64,000 nucleotides of DNA from Podarcis gaigeae (Eukaryota). The stretch lies in NCBI GenBank assembly GCA_964106915.2, contig OZ066919.1. One strand, written 5' to 3'. Shown one piece after another: positions 23,801 through 35,311 of this stretch (within the stretch, counting starts at the first letter, position 1; each line of letters begins with the position of its first letter). The notes beneath the pieces were generated by a model, which ran no database searches, was not told the DNA's origin, and worked only from the letters and a program-made list of their open reading frames with translations. The translations under genes and the position numbers were made by a program.

Positions 23801-26500
23801 CAATCAAACACACCAGTAATCAAGACCTGTCACAGACAGGGACACCAAAGAGAAATGCAATTAGGAGCTTTGGAGAATTTAGAAGGGAAATAAACAACTT
23901 TAGATACACAGTAGAGATATGGAGGCAAGTCATTAAATGAACAATGTGCAGTGTGTCACCAGAGTGATGGAACTGCAGGTGCTAAATAATCAAACTATTA
24001 ATGCATTTGATTTTTCCATCAATACTGGGGACAATGCCACTCCATGAGGGTAAGTGGCCCAGCCTTACCTCCTCCAATGAAATCAATAAACTCACAATGA
24101 CTTACATGAGCTGGAGTGTAACCAATATAACCTGTTGAAAAACTGAGGCAAAGAAGGGGAGAATGGTTATCAAATCCTCTTAATGTCAGAGGCCTCAGCA
24201 TGTGAAGCGACCCTGCCACGGGAGCCACCAACCGTAAGGACAGTTCCTAACAACCCTTCCCTGTGGGGATGCTGAGTTGGGCAGGGCATAGACTACCAAC
24301 CCATGCTCAGCCAATGAAAACACTCCCAGCAGCAGTGTGAGTGCCCAACCATCGTGTCATGGATTCCATTCTGGGGCTTGGAAAGAAAAACACAGCTTGC
24401 CAGAGGAGGAGCACATAGCCGTGGGAGAAGGTAAGCAGATGGGTTTTATCTTTAATAGATTACAGAATGGTTTACTTTGACCTTTCTGGACTAGAGCTCC
24501 CATATTTCCTGATCATTAGTATGCTGGGTGGGGCTGCGTTTGAGTCCAGCACCACTGGAAGGGTCACAGGTTAGCATCCCTGCTCTACAGTTACAGGACT
24601 GCTTTACAGTGACTGGGATCGATTCACCAGGGTTTCACTCTGGTGTCTTTTCCAGACTCACCTGGATATGTGGCAGATTTAAACTGGGACTTTCTGCAGA
24701 GAAAGTAGGTCCAAAAACCAAAAAAGCATCAAAGAAACCAAAGCAATAACTTGTCTATGCCACTGTCAAATAAAAGCAACTTGATTTTTGTGGATAATTG
24801 TCTTGATAACTCTCTGACTTCTCTCTGCCAACACAGTTGCTAGGCTATCACCTGGGTTACTTAAAGGTATTTATAAGTCTATCATTCCCAGATTGGGTTT
24901 AGAACTAATTACCAGTAATTCATAATCTCACAACTGAGTTTGGAAGAAACCACCAAATGCATAGGTTTCTTTATAAAAAACAGCTTTGAGTTTAAAACAA
25001 CAACAACACACTTCAGTTCTTTATACTAGTCTAGTGGGCAGCCATATGGACTTGGTGTTCTTCCCTGTTGCATGTCCTTAATAGTAAATTCAGCTTCTTA
25101 CTCTTGCAACCATGCTGGAGACTCAATATTTGCTTCTACTCCTGGAGAGGTAGCTGTGCTGTCCAGAGCAGGAGAAACAACAAAGAGGCCTGTGGTATCT
25201 TAAAGACTCAACAGGTTTATTATGGAATAAATTTCCTGGACTAAAATCCACTCTAGTCCATGAAAGCTTATGCCATAATGAAGCTATTAACTTTTATGTT
25301 GCCACAAGCATCTTAACTGGCTCTTGGTTTGTTTGTTTTTAAATAGACTATACAAAACTGATGTTCACACACCATTGCTTCAGGAACAGCAATGGGAAAC
25401 TTGTCCTCTGTTGCTGGACTGCAACTTCCATTGTTCTTAATGGCTGTCCATGCTGGCTGAAGTTGGAGTCCAACAACATGTGGAGGGTCACAGGTTCCCT
25501 ATTCCTATGTTTCCCAAATTTGGGTCTCCAGCAATTTTTGGACCATCCTTGACCACTGGTCCTGCTAGCTAGGTGGGAGTTGTAGTCCAAAAACAGATGG
25601 AGACCCAAATTTGGGAAATCTAGACAGCAGGACAAATCCAAGAAAGATTGCTGCAAAAAAGGTGCACATTTTAAGCTCCTAACCCTCCTCTCAGTAATAA
25701 AATATTATTTTGCAGACGGAAATCTGGGACAGAAGAAAAAGCAAACTGCCCAAGTGCCCAAAGAACTGGAAGATGAACAGGAAGGCTGCAAGCCCACTAG
25801 GAAGGTCTCACAATCTCCTGGGTCCCAATACAGTGCCTTATCAAGTACTCCATCATTCTTATGAGCAAAAACTAAGAGAGAGGGAACACTGCATCCTACT
25901 ATGAGGTGAGATTTACAGAAGCACCTTAAACTATGACCCCTTTGCATGTGTCTGCTCAAAGCAAACAGAAACATACCAACAGGGACATGATGATAAGGAG
26001 ACAGGCATAAAATTATATCAAGGTGTGTGCATCTGAATGTAATTGTGTTCAAAGCAAAGTCTACTTCCTCTTCACCTTCACTAAAATGTCAGCCATGCTG
26101 TAGGAGTATAAGATTGTGTTATGCCCCACACTGTTGATGGATTCTTCTAGTGAAATAAATTTCTTGAGAGACCAAGCTCCTAAAATTACAAACAGATGAA
26201 TGTTTGAAGTTGTCTGTAATCTGATTGCCCCTTTTGCCATAGGTAGAAGATGCAAACCTCAATGCTACAGATGTCACCTCAAAAGAAACCCTGCTCATAA
26301 AAAGCAACAAAGACAAGGAACTGCAGGATGAATGCTTTATTCTTAGAAAGGGCAATGACCTATTATTAAAAGACCATCCCAGTCCCGGAGCTCATAAGAC
26401 TAAGAGTCGGCAAGCTGTAGATAATACAGGAATGCCTCAAGATAAAGATGATATTTCTTTCAAATTGGAGTCATGGAAAGGACCAGTTTTACAGCAGTGA
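20804..26500 (+). pseudogene. Possible decayed, unidentified multi-exon gene antisense to RASSF5 (candidate exons ~20804-24430, 25716-25905, 26243-26500)
   Basis: Canonical splice sites and several long protein-like + frames broken by stops and frameshifts; no homologue recognised. Confidence 0.3.
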
Positions 26501-26884
26501 TTGGCATACTGCAGCTCACTTTTCATGGGTGAAAGAATAGAAAAGCTTCATCTCTAGTACAGATCTTAATGGTTCAAATACATTAGCAATCGTAGCAGTC
26601 CTCGTACAGTTAGTTTTTACAGTACTGATTCCAGAGAAAAAGGAAACCAAAATGAGCAGTTCCGTTGAACTGAATTCTGCTGGTGTGTTTAAGTCTTTTA
26701 GTTACCCAGAATCCTCCATGAGGCATGATGCTAGACATGTTATTACCAGAACCGTTTACAGGGTGCATTAAATATATCTCAAAAAAATTCTGCATCACAA
26801 AAGCTCAATTCTGTAGCATGTGCAAATATCTATTTGTTTACTTTGAATAGTTTGTTATGTTTCTGCTATTTACAGAAAAAGGGA

Positions 26885-27125
26885 AAGTCAAATTGGACGG
26901 CTTTAAAAGAGGAGTGGATAATTCATGGAGGATAAGACTGTCAACGGATAGCCTTGGAGGCAGTGTGCTTCTGAATACCAGTTGCTGGAAATCGTGGGAC
27001 AGGAGAGTGCTCTTGCGCTTGGGTCTTGTTGCAGGTTTCCCACTAAGAGGCCACTGTGAGAACAGGATGCTGGACTAAGATGCGCCATTGGCCTCATGCA
27101 GCAGCTTCTCCTTATGTTATTATGC
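26885..27125 (+). mobile_element. CR1 LINE 3' end
   Basis: LDGFKRGVDNSW-type ORF2 terminus, then ggccactgtgagaacaggatgctggacta 3' UTR and ttatgtt tail. Confidence 0.75.
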
Positions 27126-28903
27126 AACAGCTCTGATGCCATGCTCCATATGCACTGGAAAGTCGGTCAAGCTTCTTGAAATTTCACAGGTTTCTTAGGA
27201 TTGGAAAATTGATTTTTGGGGGTGAATTCTGAAATTCTTCAGAATATGAAATTGTGCTCCTAGTACCAAATGTCACCCTTGCACAGTGCAGTCACAGAAC
27301 ATACAAAACCCTGAACGTTTTTGTATTTCTCATTTTCTAGCATCAGTATGCTAGTAGGTTGTTATACTGGTGAGCACATTAATCTTCAAAAGGGCAGCGT
27401 GTTCTATAAATAACAGTATCACTTTGTTTCCAGTGACTGGACCTAGAGCTTCTAATATGTTCTATGCAGTCTGTAGTGTTAATGAGGAGGCACAAGACGG
27501 GTGCTGATGACTGACCTGTTCTTTAGGCACAAAGGTCCACAGCACCCCTCCCTCAGCCAAACTGGACCCCCTGGACTGGTCCATGGGCCAGAGGTTTCCC
27601 ACTACTCTGTTAAGAGTTTTGGTCTCATCTACTTCTTGTACACTTGGCGCGTCACAGAAGTCCACAAAAACAGTCATCTGGCTTTTTAGCCAGGCTCCAT
27701 TTATTCATTTTTTCCATCAACTCCCTCCCCATAAGATCCATTTCATACTTTCTCCATAGCACAGCACAAAGGACAGAAATCGCTGCCTCTCCCTCAATCC
27801 CTCTGTGACTGCCAGAAGGTTTGAGGGAGAGGTGGAGTCTTATCTCATTTGTACTGTTTGGAGAAGATAACTGCTGTTACTTAGCTTCTCCAAGTCACAG
27901 TGCAAATTTCCCTTTTGTCCCAATTTTGCTACTGGTAGAACAGGTTATGCGGGGGTTTTACGTGAGAAGTAACTAGGTCTCTGGGCACATGCAAAGGTGG
28001 CTCTATCATACCCTCTTCAGCTTTCAGGTGGTTGGTAGTATTTGTCTTCAGGCGGGTCCACTTTGTGCATAGGGACTGTAGGGAAATGAGGACAAAGTAC
28101 ATGTGTAACTTACAAAGTATATTCATAGGACAGAAGGAAAACAAATCTAACTGCTTAGTCAAACGTGATGCTGGAAAACTAAGAGCTGATACGGCACGCA
28201 TCTTTCTGCTGTGATTCAATGTGGCTTGTTATTTCGTCTTTATATTAACATTTTAATTATCTTTACACAACATTGACAAATAAGACAGAAAGAAAATCTG
28301 CAGAGATTGTATATGCTTCCTTAGTAGTACGTTTTAAACTTACAGTTCAGAACCTACATCAACAAACAGAAAAGGGCTAGTGGCAAGATTTACTCCTCCA
28401 GCAATGGATCTACAGTTTAGACCCAGTTCTTGAAGGGAACAGGGGCACTACTGCTTCATTTAATAAGGCACTATTTCATGACAGGAGCTCACACCATCAG
28501 GCCATCAAATAATAATTGATTCCAACAGGACTTGATAAATCAGTGCCCCCCAGTCTTTAATTTCTGTCTCCCAAACATTATTCAGCAGTGAGGTGACTAA
28601 GCACAATTCCATTCATACTCTCTTTTCTATTGGACAGCAAAGTTACGCTCACCTCTTGCTTATTCCATTTACCATTTTCTTTGTAATGTGTGTCTACATC
28701 CTGTCTGAGGCTACCACCCCCTCATTTTAAGTACTGAAAAACACCACAGCTGTGACTATGAAGAATAACAGAATGAGACGCTAGAAATGCATTTGCTTGC
28801 CAGGATTCATGGCTCTAGGCATTACTTGGTGGAAATGACACAGGTTGCTTCCAGTGATGCTGCAAAGGGATGATTTAGATCCATTTTTTCTGTATGTGCA
28901 GAT

Positions 28904-29080
28904 CACATAAGAACAGCCTATTGGATTAGGCCAGTAATCTAGTCCAGCATCCTGTTGTCACAGTGGCCAGCAGATACTCAAAGGAAGCCTGCAAACGGGA
29001 CCTATGGTCAACAGCACTCTTTTCGCTTGTGGTTCCCAGAAACTGGTATGCCGAGGCACATTGCCTCAAACAGTGGAGGC
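28904..29080 (-). mobile_element. CR1 LINE 3' UTR fragment
   Basis: cataagaacagcc ... tctagtccagcatcctgttgtcacagtggcc. Confidence 0.65.
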
Positions 29081-29694
29081 ACTTTAGCCTCCAAAATTTG
29101 TCTAATCAATGCCAGTGGGTGGTTCTTAAGAAATTATTTCCTTGTTGTGTGTTCCCTTTCATTCCATCACTGCCTTATCCATTCCTGGCATGCATGCATG
29201 CATGCATTTTTCTACCTCTATGTGCACACCTTTCAAAAAATTAACTGAAAGTGTGTAAGAGAAAACATTAGCTGCCTGTAGATCACGTTTTACTATGGGC
29301 AAAATGGATGTCTTTTGGGGACAACATCTATTTCCACTTGTTGGTTTTAAAAATAATAACACCAAAGTCTTGTGCAAGGCCACAAGCTTTTGCTAAAAAG
29401 TATTGTGCAAGACCTCTGTATTATTATTTTTAATGTAATGGTGCTTGGACTAAGATGACCATCTTGAAGGTAATCCCCCACAGGTGTTGAGATTTTGAGA
29501 GGCTAGCTCCTCCAAACTGGATTGTTATTCTGACATGCCTTCAGCATGGGACAACTGATGAAACTATGCATCCTTGTATAGACTGGGCCACCAGAAATAA
29601 CTCTTGTCACTGCTACTGTACATGCTCCTTAGCATTTCTTCTTTTGGGGTGGGTGTCAGATGTGTGTTATCATTTTGGTGAGTGGTCTCTAATG

Positions 29695-29849
29695 CACTGG
29701 TGGAGGAAGAGGTGTGGGGGGGGGAGCGTCCCGCCCCTGGCAGCATGATCCTGGTGGGGTGCCATCGCAGCTGCCTCCTGGGCAGCGTGTCCCACCCCCG
29801 CCTGCTCTCCGTCCCCCCCCCAGTGCCGGAGCATGAAGCTCCACCCCTG
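29695..29849 (-). mobile_element. GC-rich hAT MITE with perfect 8-bp TSD
   Basis: ctctaatg at 29687-29694 and 29850-29857; ends cactggtgg / ccacccctg. Confidence 0.8.
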
Positions 29850-30003
29850 CTCTAATGCCACACCCCTACTCCTGCTTCCTCCTCACCTGAGCACAACTAC
29901 GCCATTTTGTTTTTACTTAAGAGATCTTATTCAGTAAGAAGAGACCCATATTTTTAAAAAATTAAATTATGTGCTGGAACTTCTATGATAACAGTATCAG
30001 GAG

Positions 30004-30140
30004 CAGTGCTTTTTTAAAAAAAGAAAAGAAAAAAGGTGCTAGTACTCGCCATGAAGTTGTTACAGAATTTGCCACATATTATCATTAGAAAAAAGGTGCC
30101 GGTAATGAGTAGCACTGAGTACCCCCAGAAAAAAGCATTG
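30004..30140. mobile_element. hAT-like MITE (family of 41707-41830)
   Basis: TIRs cagtgcttttt / aaaaagcattg; shared internal aaaaaaggtgcc motif. Confidence 0.65.
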
Positions 30141-30157
30141 ATCATGCTTTTTTCAAA

Positions 30158-30344
30158 CAGTGATGGAGCTTCAGGTGGAGAGCAGGTAGGGGCGGGGCTG
30201 GTGGGCATCCCAGGGGTGTGGCACACCGCCTGTGGGGGCGTAGCGCCCAGCGCAGGTGGGGGTCAACCGCGATGGCACCCCACCAGGATTGTGCTGCCGG
30301 GGGCGGTGCGTTCCCCCCCCCGCACTCCTCTTCCTCTGCCAGTG
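30158..30344 (+). mobile_element. GC-rich hAT MITE, inverted relative to 29695-29849
   Basis: gcgatggcaccccaccaggat is the reverse complement of atcctggtggggtgccatcgc; ends cagtgatgg / ctgccagtg. Confidence 0.75.
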
Positions 30345-31539
30345 GGTACAAAAACATGCATACACAAGCAGCACTGATGCCACAACAACCATCCATCTGG
30401 AAGCAGCCTTTACCTGTTCTCTTCAGGCCATGTCTGAAAATTATTATCACCTGTAGATCTCAGGGCAGTTCACGACATAAAATTACAATATAAAAACACT
30501 ATATATGTCATTTCCTGGACCACAGATTACCATCTATGACTTGCTCATTTAAGTGGAAGTGCTACAACAGAACCACATTACAGAACATCCCACAAAACAT
30601 GGTCTGCAATGACTTTTAAAACGGTTTCAATGCTGGTATATGACAGAAAAAACAAATGACATGGTCTGTCCTGCTAATCTCCATCTTCCTAGTATTTCCT
30701 GCATTTTGTGGCAGATTTCTGTACAGAAGGCCACATGATTTAGTGGCTAGGGTATCTGAATGCGGAGAGCCCAAGTTCAAATCTCTATGTTGTCATGAAA
30801 TTCATTGGACAGCCCTGGGACAGTCACTATCTTAGCCTGCAAGGACACATTTTCTAGCAGGAAACGACGTGTATGAAGTGCTCCAAAGCAGTTATTTTCC
30901 TTCATTTACTCTCCTTAGGAGAATTCAGTTACAATTCCCTCATTAATTCCCTTGCCTTCCAATTCATATACTTTAGTGACAGTCCCATAAGACTCCCTAT
31001 TATAAAATTATTTCCATTATATTTATCACAGCAGTATTGAATTAGCTTATAAATATAACCCTCACAACTCCTGTTCAAGTAGGTAAGTCCCCATTTTAAA
31101 GAGGAAAAATAATCCCCACAATTAGTGCAATATTTGCTGCTGAAAGCTTTATAAACACTGCAGGCAGCGGACTGGATCATGCAAAGAAGGGACTTTTAAC
31201 ACAATGCAACTCATGCAGCTCTGCTATAAAATGGACGTTCTAGATTTCCTCATCTTGACTGTGTTCTCTAGAACTGCTTCTTTCCACACTGTCACTCATG
31301 GCACACTTGGGTTCCTAACCTTAGTTTCTACCAGTAACAAGCAGAATCTGCTGTAAACTCATGGTCTGATTTCGCATTATGTAGGCACCAAGTCACACAG
31401 TGCCTATTCTATCCAGAAAATAAGCCTCTTCCAGACATTTAAAAAGGCTGAAGTGAACATGTGGAGAGGGAAACAGCAGCACAATAGCAGGTTCCTCCTC
31501 ACATTCATAGATATATGTGTGGACAGTCATGATACATAG

Positions 31540-31679
31540 CAGAGGTGCCACCTCCCTGGGGCCCTGGGTGCCCGAGCAGCCACAAAATTCCCCATGAAGG
31601 GGCAGGGCACCCGAAAATTTTGGTGCCAGGGCCATGGCCCCGGGCACCCATGGTCACAGGGCCAAGCTGGCACTCCTAG
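31540..31679. mobile_element. hAT-like MITE remnant
   Basis: cagaggtgcca ... tggcactccta terminal inverted repeats, GC-rich body. Confidence 0.5.
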
Positions 31680-32690
31680 TATGTACAATGTATCAAAACA
31701 CATTCTAATAAATAAACATATTCCCCTCACTCCGCTGCACACATTAATTTTAGCCCTTCTAATCATTAGAAGCTTTTGCACATCCTTAATAAATTGTAAA
31801 CCCAACCTAAAACAGCAAGAATTCATTTTGATTCTAGACAACACTACAGCAGATTACATACAGAAAACAAGAGGCATAGGGATGTCAAGAAGATGTCACC
31901 TTGTTATTAAAGGGGGGGGTTCATGCAGGTTTTAACCAATACATGCCCAAGATCAATTTAAAAATGCTTGCAAGATTGCTTTGCCTCAGAATACAAGGCA
32001 GTAACTGACCAGTTAACAGACAAATCCATTTCCTTTCTCAGACATTTTAAATTTAGCACTACATTTTGCCACTGAACAAATATGAGTTTTAGCAGTCCTA
32101 GCACTTCCCAGAGGGTCATTCAGCAAGTCACCTTGCATGTGGTGTGGAATTAATTTGTTCTTATTGCACCTCCGTGCTTAGTGACAGATGGTTCAACTGT
32201 TCCATTGCCAGCAAACAATGTAAATATACACAGAAAAGAATTGACCTGTGTTGGAAACTGATCTGTCACCCAGCAAGGATGTCACCATAATTCTGAGTTG
32301 GAGCATCAGGGAGCTGCCAACCAAGCATCATCCTGCAAATAGCCCATGGTAAGAAATAAAAGAAAATAACAGGTATACATGAGGGGGGGGGGGATCTGTT
32401 TGTTCACAGCAATTCAGGCTCTAAGGTGCATTAGAAAATAATCTCCCTTGGTTTGCAATCAGAGACAGAATTTAAGTTGCCATTTCCATTAAGCATTTAA
32501 GAGAGCTTGCAATTGGACATATTCAAGATTATTGCAAAGGGTGCATTTCTTGTCATTATCCTGGAGGCAGCTTCTGTGGCCCAATAAGTACTTTAAATGA
32601 GAGTTTAATGAGAGAACTTTTCCAGTCCAAGGGTGCTTCCACACCCATTGTTCATTCACTATTTTATGAGGCACCTACCCAACTTTAAGT

Positions 32691-33045
32691 GGGACGCGGG
32701 TGGTGCTGTGGTGTAAACCACTGAGCCTAGGACTTGCTGATCAAAAGGTCAGTGGTTCGAATCCCCGCAATGGGGTGAGCTCCCTTTGCTCGGTCCCTGC
32801 TCCTGCCCACCTAGCAGTTCAAAAACACATCAAAGTACAAGTAGATAAATAGGTACCACTTCGGTGGGAAGGTAAAAGGCGTTTCCGTGTGCTGCTCTGG
32901 TATTGCCAGAAGCAGCTTAGTCATGTTGGCCATATGACCCAGAAAACTGTCTGCGGACAAAAGTCGGCTCCCTTGGCCAGTAAAGTGAGATGAGTGCCGC
33001 AACCCCAGAGTCATTCGCGACTAGACTTAACTGTCAGGGGTCCTT
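32691..33045 (+). mobile_element. Full-length Sauria SINE with 13-bp TSD
   Basis: gggacgcgggtgg head, B box ggttcgaatccc, caggggtccttt end; tacccaactttaa at 32676-32688 and 33046-33058. Confidence 0.9.
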
Positions 33046-33321
33046 TACCCAACTTTAATTTGTTAAAATATATTTATTCAGACTATTTTCACCCTACCCT
33101 TATGATGTATACAGAAGATAAAAATTCAAAAATAAAATCAAAAGCCAATAATACTTAAACAGCAGTGACAATTCTCCAGAGCCTTGGTATATTTATCTAT
33201 TTATTGCCAGACTATAAAAAGTAATCTTGACTCCCCATGCCAATCATCAGATGTGTGGGTCACTCTGAGCAGCCTTTGCAGGTGTGTTCAAAAACTCTGA
33301 TCATGAAAACAAAGAAGCATC

Positions 33322-34132
33322 TTCCTTTCCCCCTGCGCACAAAGGTAGCCTTCAACTGCAGGCTGATTTACTGTTTTCTGTTATTGGGGACTGTGCTTGA
33401 TTTTGTTTGTGAGAACTTCCAGGTCACCCACACCCAACCCTGCTCCTTCCAAACAATTAATGTTATTCTTTTATTTCTTGTGGTCTGGATATCGATCTGC
33501 AGAGCCACTTTGTAGTGGTCAAATCTTCGGCAAGCTTGCAATCCTGATGGTAGAAATTGAGCATCCAAAACAGATTCAATTCAAATTTGTTTTGTTTTTG
33601 TACTCTTGTAACTTGTACACATATCCTAATCCAGGGACAGCTTGTAAAAAATGTTTTCGGTTTTGTTTCACTTGGTAGTCTGTCACCAATGGCTGAAGGT
33701 TTTTTTCTTCCTTAGGCAATATATTTAAATGCTTGTGTACTGGCGAACTGTAGTTCTGTTTCTTTTATCACACTTCTCGTTTTTTGCCTTTATGGCTCTA
33801 AGTTGCTGTTTTCTTAAACTTTCTAGAGACTTGAGCAAACTTTCATTAACACCAAGGGCTGGTATCTCTTGTTCTTCTTCTAAATTGTTCAGAAAGTTAA
33901 GAGAGTTCATCCATCCAAATGTTTATTGAAGATGCAGAAACAGAATGGAGTAACTTTCTTTGGACAGTAAAAATATTTGTGGCGGTATCAGTGAGGTTCT
34001 TCCCTTCCTTGAGCACCAATTTAATGAACTTGTTGGGTTTTTCCAGCTCAGCCTCATGGGCTTGGATCCTTTCCTGGAATCAGGGGGTTTCCCCAGGTAG
34101 CAACTGCTAAACTTCCAGGGCTGCAGCCACAC
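33322..34132 (-). pseudogene. ARHGAP10: Processed pseudogene (retrocopy) of ARHGAP10/GRAF2, BAR domain to start of PH domain
   Basis: Colinear, intronless segments WLQPWKFSSCYL / FQERIQAHEAELEKPNKFIKLVLKEGKNL / NFLNNLEEEQEIPALGVNESLLKSLESLRKQQLRAIK / QVKQNRKHF / YVYKLQE / FYHQDCKLAED / DHYKVALQIDIQTTRN / NKIKHSPQ / EGYLCAQ match recalled human ARHGAP10 residues ~1-278; ATG changed to GTG, plus stops and frameshifts. Confidence 0.88.
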
Positions 34133-35296
34133 GGCTGAGATGGCAGCTACAACAGGGCAAGCTGCACTACACTCTTCATTTCAGCAGCATGCCTGCCTCC
34201 TCCTCCTGATCAGAGTGAGTCCCAGCAGCAGCTCACCAAAGCAAAACAAGGGGCAGAGCAGCCTTTTCAAAGCACACCATGGGACCTGGGCAGCTTTTGT
34301 GCCAAGAAGCACACCAAGGAGGGAATGAGGAAAATGAGGTCGCTGAAGAAATCCACCACCAGCTGGGCAGTCAGTCTGAGCACCCATGAAACTCAGTACA
34401 GTACACACGTACCAGACCTTATGAACCTACTGTACTTTGATCCCCAACAGAAAAAGCGTGCCTGTTTTCATATCACTGTTAAAAGGTACACTGCATTAAT
34501 CCCATCTACTTCCCTAGTCTTTGTGTAGGTACTTGGGTCATTGTCACATACACAGTATGTTGTTGGCTGGGTCCTCTCTCCTCATGCACACATTAAAAAC
34601 CTGAGGGCTCCTTCTTTTAGCATCTTGGTGCAAATGGAACTGATCATAGTATTACTCCTTTTTAGTAGATACTGACAAAGAGATTACCAAGACAATGTTT
34701 GTTAACAGCTCATTTCATCCTGTCACTCTGAAAACAGGAAGTGTGGCAATCTTGTAAGGGTAACAGCTTCTGCTTTTAATGTAACCTAAAGTGCAGCAAA
34801 AAGCTTGCCTGCGGGTCCCTGAGCAAACACACAAAGAATGAGAAACTACAGAGAGTTGATTTTACTGCTTTCTTAAATGGCAATCCTCCGTTTGATGGAC
34901 TGAGTGTGTACCACACACATGACAAACAGGCCTTCCTTTATGTGGGATACAATGGTCTGGTTTTTACAGTTTAGTTTTGCCTGCGGCTTTTTCCTTTCTT
35001 TTTAATGGGCACAATTTTCATTTACGTTCCCTATCCTGCAATCCTAACGTCTCACCTGCTACCCACCCTGTAATTTCTATAACCCACTTACTGCTGGTTA
35101 AAGTGCCCTATCTTCCTCAACTATATGCAGACAGCTAGTATGGTTGTTTAGTAGTTATAGCTCTGGACATCGATAAAGGAGACGTGGATTCTTTCCCCTA
35201 CAAAACCTAATGGGGGAAAGATGGATGTCAGCCTGACCTCCTTATAGAAGGGAGAGAACAAAAAGCTGAAACACGAAAAAAAAATCTAGGCAGTTT

Positions 35297-35311
35297 TGAG
35301 TCAGTGAGTCA
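35297..35311. promoter_or_regulatory. Tandem AP-1 consensus sites (TGAGTCA-g-TGAGTCA)
   Basis: Two perfect TGAGTCA motifs 1 bp apart in non-repeat intronic DNA. Confidence 0.35.

Noticed and set aside
27929-28219. Minus-strand ORF with ATG and gtaagt donor as a possible extra RASSF5 first exon
   Set aside because: The donor falls in phase 1 of the ATG frame while the next RASSF5 exon needs phase 0, and the phase-0 frame has a stop.
30036-30493. Cluster of overlapping 70-113 aa ORFs (also 58305-58714)
   Set aside because: Explained by GC-rich MITEs with few stop codons.
32489-32674. Possible continuation of ARHGAP10 homology (EQW..., DK...FAII) left of the Sauria SINE
   Set aside because: Similarity too weak to support by eye; listed only as a test for the BAR-only hypothesis.
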